Shown: positions 11,432-23,439 of the stretch, piece after piece
Position numbering within the stretch: the stretch's first letter is position 1
Layout: every line of letters starts with the position of its first letter
Source of the DNA: Eukaryota sp. TZLM1-RC
Taxonomy: Eukaryota; Protista; Metamonada: BaSk clade
NCBI GenBank assembly: GCA_040285825.1
Contig: JAUPSS010000004.1
Location: forward strand, 4,059,784-4,123,783
Direction of reading: 5' to 3'
Length of the DNA: 64,000 bases
Notes under the pieces: generated by a model
Database searches by the model: none
Told to the model about the DNA's origin: nothing
What the model saw: only the letters and a program-made list of their open reading frames with translations
Made by a program: the position numbers and the translations under genes

Positions 11432-12200
11432 GGTTAATTCGGGTATCCCTCAAACAGTAAACTGCAACTGCAGTTCTTCTTTGGGATAAGGAAAAATCTG
11501 AGAAGGATTATCTTCTTGAACCATCCAATATTTTGCAATATACTGAGGATCAAGGTCAATTCTACTATCCCCTAATAGAATTTTAGAAACTGTGTTTAGT
11601 TTGCGTGTTTGATAATAATTTGTGTAAATACTACAAGTATCTACAACAAATCGACCAGCAATTAAGGGGTTCAAGTGTTTGTGATTCAATTCTATTAAAT
11701 TTGAGTTATAGTATTGAACCTATTCACTAGCACCGATTTCATATTTTGAAAAGTCCTCATTTTGAGAACGTTTCATAATATGTGGGATGTCAAATGTGAG
11801 AATATTAAAACCACAAATTATTATATTATTATAGGATTAAAAAGATTCTAATAATTTTTTGAATGAACTTTGCAATTCTTTTTAAGAGGAATGATGATAT
11901 AAAGTGATATTTTTATCATCAACTTTGCAAAAATGTATATTTCTGCTTGTTGGCTTTTCTACAAGATCACAAAAACAAAGATTTAATTCAATCTGTTCTC
12001 GAGTAAAAATATGAGAAACAGAATTTGCAACAATTTTTCTTGTAGATTGACAGTAAGAGATGGAATGTTCTCATGCAGAAATGACAATTATTTCATCCTC
12101 ATCACTGAGCTTTTTACCCAACACCAAAGTTTCAATATCAAAATGTAATATTTTGAGAGTAAATTGTGTTTTGACATTTGATGGTGTCACTAAAGGGTAT
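11432..12200 (-). pseudogene. Family-B DNA polymerase-type 3'-5' exonuclease domain (DEDDy), no polymerase domain
   Basis: ExoI LKILHFDIET (~12128-12155) and ExoII IICGFNILTFDIPHI (~11780-11825) plus IAGRFVVD and KLNTVSKILLG are all in one frame with stops. ExoIII AVYCLRDT-ELTMKLF (~11420-11470) is reached through single-base shifts. Confidence 0.85.
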
Positions 12201-12439
12201 TTGTGTCGAGTCAGTGGATTCTCGTTGAACAGTGTTTTTACACGTTTCCAAGGTCTGCTCAATACAATCGCTCGCCTTTTTCTGACGGTTTTATGTACAG
12301 ACGAGCATTTCTTTGTCTCAAATGATTTGTGTTCTTTGTCAACACAGCTATAAAAACAACTTTTGTCTTGGTTCACAAAATGTTTAACATGAGCTGGATC
12401 AATTGAATTGTGCTGATTTGACAAAAACAAATTGATCTT

Positions 12440-13040
12440 TTTTTGAAAACAATATGGTGAATATTCCACAATCATACAAATTAGATTGAAAAAAATTCAG
12501 ATATATTCTGACTAATATTGATTCCAAGTTTTTCCAAAAATTATTGAATTACTTTTTTGATGTTGTTCTTCATTATGACGAAGACTATCAAAAAGAAATG
12601 CTTTTACTGTTCTGGATTTGATCCAGAATGCAACAAGTACCCAATGTTGTCCATTAGTAAATTGTTCGTCAACAGATGTAATCAAATTTGATTGATGAAA
12701 TGCATCATTATTTTTTTTAACTGGAATATTTATTGAGAAAAAAAACTATCTAGACTTCAATATCCTCCAAACAAGCGTCACTATTACTAAACATCATTAT
12801 AGGGTAGAAGAATCAATGTGTTTTCGTGGTCGCCAGAATTGATCAATTGTGAGCAAAAATCCTCTTGAACAAATTCCCTAAAAACAATAGGGCTGATGCG
12901 ATGGGGCAAACAAGTATTTTGTGATGTGACAGTGGAGTTGATGACTGATTGATAAAGTTGTTGATCGAATCAGTGATTTGTTCATCATCTAATCACCTGT
13001 CTTCAACATCATCACTTTGTTGCCCTCCACCTGATAAATT
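12440..13040 (-). pseudogene. Ulp1/SENP8(NEDP1)-like C48 cysteine protease domain, disrupted
   Basis: Ordered motifs (W>stop)LDDEQI, ISPIVF, LILLPYND, GQHWVLVAF (His 12644-12646), FLFDSL, QSNLYDCGIF (Cys 12468-12470). Not in the ORF track because of frameshifts. Confidence 0.82.
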
Positions 13041-14279
13041 TATTTTTTAAAAAGTTATATTGTTATTATAAAATGGAATTAATTTTATATAATTTTTAAT
13101 AAAAAATTATAAAATATTTTATCAGATAGGTCATCAATCTTTCCAAAATAAACACAAAATGAATTGCTTCCTTCTATAAAGAGGCTGTGGGTGAAAACAC
13201 TGATGTGTGAAACTCATACAGCTTCCAGGTTCGTGCCCCAGACACGACCAGCAAATTCATACATAATGTGTTGTTTTGAAATATTTATAAAATGTTTATT
13301 AATCAATAATGTTGAACAATTAATTAAAAAACAGTTTTTAAAAACTTCATGATGGACTACTTGGACACATTGACCCTTCTCAACCAAAAAAAATGGAATA
13401 ATCAATTTGACCAAGTAGATTATTTTCAACCAAATGGTAGAAAGGGTCTTCATGAGAAAAAGTTCCCTTGTTACAATTGGTTGAACAAGAACTCACCTGT
13501 GAAGGAGGAATATCAAATAGAAACTTTGAATTAAATGATTGTTTTCTCTGTAAAATATATTTAGATGGTCAGTCAAAAATTATCAATCAATTGGCTGATT
13601 GCTTATATTCTAGAATTAGAATTACCTTGGGGGTTATAATCGATTTGATTGATGATGTCAGCAGTCAGATAAAGTCAAGTGTCAATACGTGTCGGTCAGT
13701 TTTCTTTTTTGAACCTTTTGTTTATAATTCAAGTTATAAAATCCAACAAATTATTGCTCAAGTTTGTATTTAACTCAATCCAATCTATTGTTGATCTTTT
13801 TCAGAATTATTTTAAAGAACTCTGATCTTATCTGGATAGCAATCAATCAATATCAATCATATCTGAACTGATTGGTCTATCAAATTTGATTAGTTAATAG
13901 GGTTTTGATTTTAATCATTTGTTTGCTCCAATTTTGAGGGATATTGTATGCCAAAAGTCCAAAGAACATGTCAATATTTCGTTGACTTCATTAGAAAAGG
14001 GTCAAAATTCACAGGATTTTGAACTAGATACTCCACCTGAAGAATTTAATTCAGCTTCACATTTATTGGTAGTAAAGGAATTAAATATTTTGATCAATAT
14101 TCTTAAACCTTTTTCAATTATTATGTGCTTGATGTGTTGCAAATCAACGTTGAGAATTTGAGGGCTGGAAATGATCTCCAAGTAGGGCTCAGTGCAAGCT
14201 TGCTCCTGGATGGTTTTACTCAGCAGCGAATCCATATAATTCTGAATCCTCTTTGGACCAGGGGGTGCGTCCGGCATGT

Positions 14280-14390
14280 AGTGAAAATAATGAGCTTATT
14301 TATCAAATTTTGCACTCATTCTCGACTTATGGTTGCCTATTCTATCACGTTTTTAACCTTCAACTTGGTTCTGGGAGGTTTTCACTTTTG
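14280..14390. repeat. Dispersed repeat, homologous to 56550-56670
   Basis: Shared TATCAAATTTT..CAC...CGACTT..GTTGCCT...TTAACC(T/C)TCAACTTGGTT(C/T)TGGGAGGTTTTCACT. Both lie in decayed minus-strand ORFs of unknown family. Confidence 0.7.
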
Positions 14391-15224
14391 ATTCACCAAC
14401 ATTCATTAGCAATCTCAATGACTATCTGACATTTTTGTGCTATTAGACGATGTCTTCAGGTTCTAGTCATCCAGAAGCCTTCGCAACTCTGCCAAGACTG
14501 CCACCAGTTCTTTGGCTCTACTGAAACTGCCTGAAGTGTGTGTTACAAAAACTACCACTCTGTTTACTCCCTCTTCCAAATGCCTGGTCTAGTTTTCAGT
14601 GAAGTGTCCAGACATAACCCGTTTCTAGCTGATTTCATAAAGCGGAGGTGTCTCTAGACATGCTTTCATCTCTAGGTTATTTAAAGTAAGACTTTTTCAT
14701 TTTTCGAGTCCCTTCATGATACGCCTTCCATTGTACACCTTTGTTGGTTTCCATGTTGATATTTTCTTCCAATTTCACGTCATGGTATTGTAGTAATTTT
14801 ACGCAAAGATGTTTATCTCACTACTTGGTTTCTTGAAACTAAACTCGTTTAAACAGCTTATTAAAGCAATCATTGAAATATGGTTAGCATGAAAAATTAT
14901 TTGGGATGTGGGTGCAAACTTGTTTTCACATTGTTTCACCAGTTATACATAGCCTTTATTGACAAAGGAGCAGGACTCAACCCGTCTATAATTAAATGTC
15001 AGTTCATCTTGTATACAATAAAAATCTATCTTCCTTCTTTTTTGACAGAAATGATGTGATATCATCACAACAGCTTCATAAACATATACTTTTTACATCT
15101 GACATCAACTTATCTTTATTGGGAGAGAATGCCTATATAAATATTTTTTTGTAGTAGTGTTCCTATTTTTTGCCATGAACAAATTCCATTCACTATCTCA
15201 TCGTTAGAACTATTTGACTGTGCG

Positions 15225-15412
15225 AATTCCAATTCTAAATCCAAGACTAGTTGCCCTGCAGTTGATTCTTATAGCTCTCGTACGAGATCCAAGAGAGGGA
15301 AAAGGTAGTGTTGTATTCTGGACAATTAGTCTAGTACATACAGCACTAGTGATGGCCTTTATAAGGGCCAGTGAATTTTAATAAACACCTAATTATTCTT
15401 TATTGTTACACA
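15225..15412 (+). mobile_element. Gypsy family 3 remnant: integrase tail, PPT and 3' LTR (15309-15412)
   Basis: Encodes NSKSKTSCPAVDSYSSRTRSKRGKR-TAG directly followed by TGTTG. Homologous to 59975-60170 (-). Confidence 0.85.
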
Positions 15413-15640
15413 TGGTTGTTCGCCGCTTAAATGGTAGTTTTACTATTTTGGATGCCATGTCCATTGACCCTTGCAATTCTTCTAACGAACATTTTATTAA
15501 TTCTGATGTCAATAATCCTCTTTTTGCTGACAAAAATTCCAAAATTGCTAAATACGTGAAACATATTTCTTCTGTCAAGAAAAATCCTAATGCCCAATGA
15601 AATTTAGGTAAGGCTGCTTTGGCTGTCCTTGATGATTTCA
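15413..15640 (+). pseudogene. CRE-like LINE endonuclease-domain fragment
   Basis: LNGSFTILDAMSIDPCNSSNEHFINSDVNNPL nearly identical to 45858-46110. Confidence 0.85.
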
Positions 15641-15670
15641 ATGGAAAAAATTTCTTAGGTTCTTGCATTC

Positions 15671-18600
15671 TGATGATCTGTGGGGGTTAGACATTGAGTA
15701 TACCTTAAATGTAATTTATTACAGGGAAATAAGGATTTCCCTAAACTTAAGCGCATAGGCGCAATAAATACAAATACTATTAGTAAACTATAAATAAACT
15801 ATTATAAATATTATCCAAGGCTAACACTGCCCTTTCTTCTTTTCGAGCGTCGAGGCCTGATAGGAGTTGGATTAACATTATTGTTAATATTAACAGAACG
15901 ACGTTTACGGCGTGAAGGACGAGAGCGAGTATTAGAAACAGACTTGGAGAATTCTTTATAGGCAGAGGTGTTTTGAACAGTCGAAACCAGCTCAGTGGTA
16001 ATATGATTGCCAGGCCATTGGACTTGACAGTAATCACCATCCTGACTGAGGACTTTCTGGATCACGTGCTCTTCTGCATCGCCAGCAGCAACCCAGGAGT
16101 GAAATTCATCATCTACTGGTAAACTGGAATGCCAAGGTTGGAGGTGCTTCACACTGGCTTTAACAACCATACCAGTACACAGGTTCTTGATGTCAGCTGT
16201 GGAGGTAGAGGGTGTGTCGATAACTAAGAATGGTCCTTTGTAGTTACCATGTAACTTAGCAGTGGAAGACGAAGCTCGTTTTACCAATTGGCCAGGAGAG
16301 AAAGGGTTGGCTTCGATTTGGGAATCACGAGGAGGAGCCTTGGAAGCTTGACGGAGCTCTGCTTCCTCCTGTTTCTTCTTCAATCTGGCAAATTTGGATT
16401 GAATGTTGTTGATGTAGGTTGATTCAGACGTTGAGCTTTCGAGGGTCTCTATGATTTTGCCGGGGTCAGCTCTTGGGCTAAAATCTGAACCAAACATGAG
16501 CTCGTATGGTGAGTAACCTGTAATCGAACTCTTGGATGAGTTGATTAACAATTGTACATAGGGTATGTACTCTGACCATGCGTCGTAGGCGTTAAAATCT
16601 ACGAGCAGCTTCCTCAAATTCTGCAAAATGTCACGGTGACGGCGTTCGACTAAACCGTTGGACTGAGAGAAGTGAGGGACGGACTTTGAGACCTCTATGC
16701 CCAAAAACTCACATAGAGCGTCGAAGACAGCTTTAGAGAACTCAGGACCGTTGTCACTATGAACTATGAACGGGATCCCGAATATCGCGCATACCTTCCA
16801 TATGAGAGCGTCAGCGGTAAGGTTGGCGTTGAGTTCTTTGAGGGGGACTATGATAGTGAACCTCGTGAAGCTATCCACAAATACAAGAATGTATCTGTGG
16901 CCGTCTTGATCTTCAGGAAGAGGACCAATGACGTCGACGTTAACTCTTGCGAATGGTCTGTCAGCCCACAAGGAACCAGTTGTAGGGACATGCAGTTTGG
17001 GGACTGCTGCTGTCTTCTGACAGGAGGGGCATTCTTGGACGTGCTTGGTCATGTCTGAAAGCATGTTAGGCCACCAGTAGTCGCTGTTCTTGAGTCTGAG
17101 GAGACTTTCTGCCTTACTGGGGTGGCCACCTTGCGGGAGTCCATGTAGAAGGTTAAGCGTATCCTTAACCAGTGATTGAGGAATCACGATCTTGTGCTCT
17201 GGAGTCAGATAAAGATCTAGACGACTATCCAAAGTACAGTTGTTAAATGAGGTGTCCTGGTTAGCGAGGGCTCGCTTTTTGTTCGGACCTGATCTTGCAG
17301 AGCCATGGCTCGAAGAGTGGAAGGTCATTGGAGCATCTGTCTTGAAGGATGAGCACCTTCTCAAATGTATGGAGATCTTCAACGAAGCATCTCTCTGACT
17401 CAGTTTCGTCAATCCTATTTGTGTAGTAGATAGGGTGAAACTCTTGGTCATTAGAATGTACCAGATGGTTGATGGTATGATTGTCTTGGGGCGGTACTAT
17501 CCTAGATAGCATGTCTGCCCAATGGTTCTCTTCCCCTTTTGTATGAACTATGTCGAATAGGAACTCAGAAAAGATGGGAAGCCACCTTCTGACTATTCTG
17601 TTTTTGTTCGGAGCGGTGAGCATGTAAGTAAGGTTTTGGTGATCTGTGAAAATGATCAGGCGCCTTCCTTTGAGGTAGTTCTCGAAGCCACTTTCGGTAA
17701 GCATGAGAAGGATAGCGTAAAGCTCTTTCTGTACCGTGGGCCAGTTCTGCTGGGAGTTAGTCAACAATCTGCTGAAGAAGCTGATTGGTCTACATTTCCT
17801 ATTGAGTAAGGAAGTACCAGGGTCCTTAGTGGGTTCTAATTGTTCCCAAATCACGCCGCCAACTGCTATATCAGAGGCATCGCAACTAATTAGTACTTGG
17901 TTATCCACCGGAGGTAAGTTTAGAGGCATATGCTCCGCGATCAGGCGTTTGATTTCGGCTAAATGGTGGTCGTGAGTGTCTTTCCACTGCAGGCGACGTG
18001 GTTTGCCGTGTGTTAGTTTGATGATCGGGGCAACATGCTTGGTTACCTGGGGAAGCCATTCCCTAATGAAGTTGACTGAGCCGATAAGGCTACGGGCGTC
18101 TTTCACAGTCTTAGGTCTGGGAAGATTCAGTAAAGACTCTGTGCGTGTAGGATCAATGGTCCTGGTTTTGTGTTGGAATCTGCTACCAAGGATCTTTATT
18201 GGGTGTCTAGAGGACACAAAATGGCACTTGGGCAGTCCAAGGCTAACTCTACGGGTTCGAGCCTTCTCGAGGACACGTCTTAGACGTCCGAGGAACTCGT
18301 TGAAAGTTCTACCTACTATAATGATGTCATCTATATAGATGAATACACCGTCTCCGGAGAAGATGTCTGCCATAACGTTCTGGAAAACTGCAGGAACGTT
18401 CTTGAGGCCGAAAGCAGCACGTTTAAACATGATGCTTTTGCCAGGGATGCTTAAGGCAGTCTTCTCCCAGTCCTTTTCTGCAATTTTTAGTTGCCAAAAG
18501 GCTTTGGGGAGGTCAAGGGTACCGATGAAATTGGCTTCTGAAAGGAAGACTAGCACATCGGATATTCTGGGGAGATTAGGTTCAACGGGAATAGTGTTGG

Positions 18601-21600
18601 CGTTGACTCCGTCCTTGCCGCTGTAATCACCAGTAAGACGAGGCTTACGATGATCAGGGTATACCACAAGACATACTGGAGAGCTGAACTCATGGTTCGA
18701 TGGTACAGCAAATCCAGACTCGACGAGTTCATCGAAGATCTGTTCGGCGACTTTCTGTTTCTCGGGGTTTAACCTACGAGGGGGTCGTCTGACTCGAATA
18801 CTTTCATCGTGAAAGTTGATCTCCATTGGAGGACAGTCAATCCCATCAGCATGCGGCTTAAGGGTGAATGTCTCTTCGAACTCTTTCAAGGTTAGAAGTA
18901 AGGTCTTCTTGTCGTTGTCACAGTCGAGGTTAATAGTACAACCAGAAGACTGTATGTGCTCCAACCAACGTCTGGGGACGTTGACGACATCTGAGACTTG
19001 GGAGATTCGATGGTCGAATTCAGCCTCAGGCAGAAGTAATGTACGATGTTCCTCATCCATCTTGATGAAGAGGCCTTCATCGTTCAATAAGCCTAGGTGA
19101 TGCAGCAGGTCTCTACCAATTAGTAACATATTGTTGCCAGGAATGATGGCCAAGCTATGTTTCACATGAACTAATTGGGTTACACTACCGAGTCTGAAGC
19201 TCAGTGTGCCTTCTGCTGATCCTAAAGACTTCGACATGATGTTGTTTGCAGACTTAAAGTTTATGCAATGGTTAGTCTTTACCATGTTGCATCTCTCTGC
19301 TAGATCAACAGTGATGACTGATATCGAAGCTCCAGAGTCGATGATCCCTTCTATTTCGCAGTTATTTATTGAAAATTTCAATTTTAAATTTTTGCGTGCG
19401 ACATCTGAGGTGCGAACCATGAAGATATCACTGTGGGACTCTGAGTCTGGGTTCGAGTCGAACTCATGAATGAAACAGGGTTTATTTGGTGTTTCTATCG
19501 TTGTAGCTGTTTTAAAATTCTGGGTAGTCAAAGGATTAGTTAAGCACTTAATCCACTGGTTGGAGACTGAGGTTTGTTTTATGTTTGGTGTTTTACGTGC
19601 TGGAGAGCTGTCTTGCTCTATAGTAAACAAGGAACATTTGTTTGAACGTTGCTTTGATGTATTACCTGTTGGAGAGCTATCTTGCTCTATAGTAAACATA
19701 GAATATTTATGGGAACGTTTATTACTACTAGAAGGGCCCTTGCCTCTTCCTCTACGTCTACCTCTGCCTCTACTACTACTATTACTACTACCCCTAGCCA
19801 AATATGCTCGAACGGCATCTGGGTTGGCTTCTCGCCATTGCTTGGATCGCTGGCAATCAGGGTCGGGACATTCGTTAATGGAGTGGCCTGGAAGACCACA
19901 GAATCTACAGAGACCAGCTTTATCTCTTTCTTTCTTAATTTGCGACTTGCTCCTTTTGGTAAGTTGAGCAGGGGCGACGCTGGAACCCGCAGGCTTAAAT
20001 TTGCCTATTCTTTTCTTGTCCTTTGGGTTTGCTCTAACGTAGTGACCCATATGTTGTTGATAGCTGTCACTGATGTTGGCCCTTTGCTCGTCATAGGATC
20101 TTGCTGAACACCAACTCATGTATTCAGCAGCAAGGATGTCGACAAATTGTTGTAAAGTATGGTGTTGCCAAACATTGGGTGTGGACCATACTGTTCTCAG
20201 GTTGTCACTGATGGCCTGAATACCAACAGAATCGATCATATGGGTTGCAATTTCCCAGTTTTGAATACGCTGTAGAAAGTGTTGACCATACAAGGCACGG
20301 TCGCTTGCCCTGACGTCAGAAATGGCAGTACTTCGTGAAACCGTTCTCATTAGCCTCACTGTGAAGTCGTCCCAGCGATTCCTAAAGTCCTGAATATTCC
20401 AATTCATCTGGACTCTATATAACTGATTCCTCGCCGTTTCTAATGTACTATACTGGCTGAGGTGTAAAATCGATTCCCATATTTGCTCCTCATTGATGTT
20501 GTCGATAGCTGAGATACTATCAGACATGGACGAAAACCTGCCTTGAGCTCTCAGAGCGGCCAAGCATTCTGGAGTAACACAGGAGGCGATCCTGCGAGGG
20601 TCGACTTGAGCAGCAGCTCTGAATCGGTCCCACTCGTGGAGGGGGTTACCATATCTCTGATCGAGAGGGAGGTTCCGGTTTTCTCTGCTTATGGATTGAG
20701 GAGTGGCAGGAGGACGAGAACGTTCCTCAAGTTGCCTTCTTAATTCAGACACTTCTCTTGCTAGTCTGACTTGAGTAGGATCAGATTCATTGATGTCTCT
20801 CTTCAATGGTCCTCTCAGTCCTAGCATACAGAATAAATCTGTCGATGAATTTCAAGATCCTTACTGGGTCAGAGATATCGTTGGCTTCCAGGGTGGGTTT
20901 TCTAGGACGACCACCTCTTTGTCTATCTCTATCTCTATCTTGTGAACTCGCCATAGCTTCCATCAGTAGGGTGTTGGAATACTGGGGAGCTATGGGAGTG
21001 TTAGAAGGAGTTACTCCTAGGAGCCTAGGGTCCTGAGGAACCTGGGAAGGAGTTGATGGATCCTGAGATTGGACAACTACAGATTGTTGCACTGACTCAA
21101 CAGTGTCAGTAGTCGCCATTGGCTCATCTTGTTGTTGGTCATCTTGAGGCTCAATGCTCAAAGATGAGAAAACTGTGTCTGTCTCAACTGGGTCAGGCTC
21201 AGAAGTTCTCAATTCTACTGGGTCATGATCGCTCGGATAGTAACTTTGCACATTACCATCAACATTGACCCACAGAAGAGAACTAGAATTGGTGACACCA
21301 ATGTTCTCCTGTACATTCATCAGGGCGTCCCTTAGTGGCCTATTCCTTCTATGTTCTGGACCAAAATATGACGCGCAATGGTCTGGTCTGCGGTCTTGAA
21401 GGTACAATCTTTGGTAGTTCGTAGTGTAAGTGTACCACCATCCAGTCCTGAAGTCTCTATTGATATAAATATCAAGAGAGGCATTGTATCCAGGGCTAAA
21501 CCTGGGGAAAGGACATGGGTTACATCGGTTGAGGAAGAGATTCAGCTCATCACCAGCGAAGATCCTCTGTACACCTTCACGAGGAGTTCTGAACCCTCCA

Positions 21601-23041
21601 ACAGTATCCCGTTGAGGATAAATTGGAGGAGGGTCACAACGAACCGTAAGATTGTCTACTTCTTCCGTTGGGAAGTAGGGACCTATTCTTCTGCGGATCC
21701 TAAAGCCGTGATCATTAACCACTTCTGGACCCCAAAATGGGGGTAAAGCAGCAATGAGTTCATTGGGAGGAATCGATGCAGGATCTCCTAGCATTAACTC
21801 AATACCAGCATTGAGAACTAAGTTTTGAGCTTCAGTTCTCTGTTGGGTAGAGATGAAAGGAGAATCTGATTCCTGGGGCTGGCTTGGGGCTTGATAAGTG
21901 TTAGGCTGTGCAGCACTAAGCACCTGCCAAGCAGCAGGAATAGAAGAAACAACGTGACCTTGCTGAGGAGTCTGGCCAGAGGTTGCAGGGACATGAATTA
22001 CTCCTCTAGTAGAAACTCCCGAAGGAGGAACAGATGGAGTTGAATGGACTTCTGTAGGAGCTACCGTAGTAGGAGCAGAAGTATCAGGAAGGCCTGCTAC
22101 AGGAACTTCTTGAGAAGGAGTAGTAGGATTTGGGCTACCAGCAGGGACTGCAGGAGGAGCTGGTTGTTGTGGAGGGCTGCTTTCCATAGGTACTTCTCTA
22201 GAAGGAATGGAAGGAGCTTGTTGTCCTTCCCCAGGAGCTTCCGTAGAAGAAGTAGAAAGAACTTGTTGTCCTTCCCCAGGAGCTTCCGTAGAAGAAGTGG
22301 AAGGGGCAACAGGAGCGCAAACAATAGGTGAAGAGGGAGGCTCTACCCTCTTGAGCTTCAACAGCTCAGATATCTTGTTGCTAGCCGAGTCAGGGTCAGT
22401 CTGGTTGATGACATACTTCAGATATTCATCTAAAGTACTGAACTGTTCAGGACCTAAAAGGGAATCTTCAACCTCTCCTTCAGAACCAGGGGAGGAGAAA
22501 GAGGTACAAAGTTTTCCACATTAGAGGGAGGAACAGGAAGACTGATAGGAACCACAGGAACGTCATCCGTAGATGGAGTGGAACCTTGACCCGAGGGTTG
22601 AGAGGAAGTATCACTTCTCTCGCCGCCAGAGGGTTGTTCTGTTCCCAACTGAGGAGTTTGGGAGGAAGAACTTGTAACATTGGGTTGTGTAACAGGATCT
22701 CCGGAGGGAGGAGTTAACACAGGAGGAGGAGAAGCATTGCTTCCCTCGGGCCCAGTTGACAAGGGTTGTTCTGGTCCCGACTGAGGAGTTCGGGAGGAAG
22801 AACTCGAAGAGTGAGACGTAGGAGGATCAGTCCTAACAGTCTCGGAGTTGTCATTGGAACCACCCAAAGGTGATCCAATACGTATTGATGATCTGTGGGG
22901 GTTAGACATTGAGTATACCTTAAATGTAATTTATTACAGGGAAATAAGGATTTCCCTAAACTTAAGCGCATAGGCGCAATAAATACAAATACTATTAATA
23001 AACTATAAATAAACTATTATAAATATTATCCAAGGCTAACA
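15671..23041 (-). mobile_element. Full-length young Ty3/Gypsy LTR retrotransposon (family 1)
   Basis: 156-bp LTRs at 15671-15826 and 22886-23041 with one mismatch. 4-bp TSD ATTC. PPT AAAGAAGAAAGGGCAG. Domain order gag-PR-RT-RH-IN. Confidence 0.97.
15811..22909 (-). CDS. Gag-Pol polyprotein, probably one ~2366-aa ORF shown as four ORFs (22454-22909, 20787-22361, 17261-20827, 15811-17451)
   Basis: CCHC knuckle CRFCGLPGHSINEC, protease IIDSGAS, RT YIDD, RNase H CDAS, integrase HHCC + D-D-E, GPF motif, chromodomain-like tail. The three breaks fall in CCCC, GAGAGA and AAAAA runs. Confidence 0.85.
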
Positions 23042-23439
23042 ATTCCAGATTTTGTACTGTTTTTCGAAATTGCTTACCTCATATATGAATGGGACTTGTT
23101 ACTTGACCCGACCCGTTACGATGGGTCGAGAATTGACCCGTCTCAACGTGCCGTCGATGGCTATTTTTCTACTTGCTGTTGGGTCGCGTCAACGGCTAAT
23201 TTTGGTGAAAACGGATCGACATTTGTGTTTTTCTTTGTATCAGTTATCCTCAATATTTCTCGTGTTGTAAATGTCTTTAGTATTGGTTTTATTAATCTGA
23301 TAAAAATCTTTTAATGCAAACTCGTCCCTCCTTAGAATCATGGTTGTACGTAGGTTTCGCTTGGAAGAGCCGAATCTTCTTGTTGAAATTTCTTCTCTTG
23401 AAGAACTTCCTTTACAACTTTCCACTAATACTGTACGGT

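Larger units (their letters stand above)
9143..13040 (-). mobile_element. Fanzor element copy A (longest): decayed C48 protease + PolB-type exonuclease + Fanzor, with right-end omegaRNA region
   Basis: Highly similar to 30958-32878 and 52550-54024. Similarity among copies ends exactly at ...CAATATCTGT. The left boundary is not defined. Confidence 0.85.

Noticed and set aside
11432-12200. Host DNA polymerase delta gene or a Polinton
   Set aside because: Only the exonuclease domain is present. No polymerase motifs, capsid, packaging ATPase or long TIRs are nearby.
17261-22521. Programmed ribosomal frameshifts in Gypsy family 1
   Set aside because: None of the breaks is at the gag/protease boundary, their directions differ, and all lie in homopolymer or dinucleotide runs. 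Indel error is the simpler explanation.
17736-22524. Plus-strand ORFs inside the Gypsy element and other short antisense ORFs
   Set aside because: These are shadow frames of real coding strands with no recognisable motifs.
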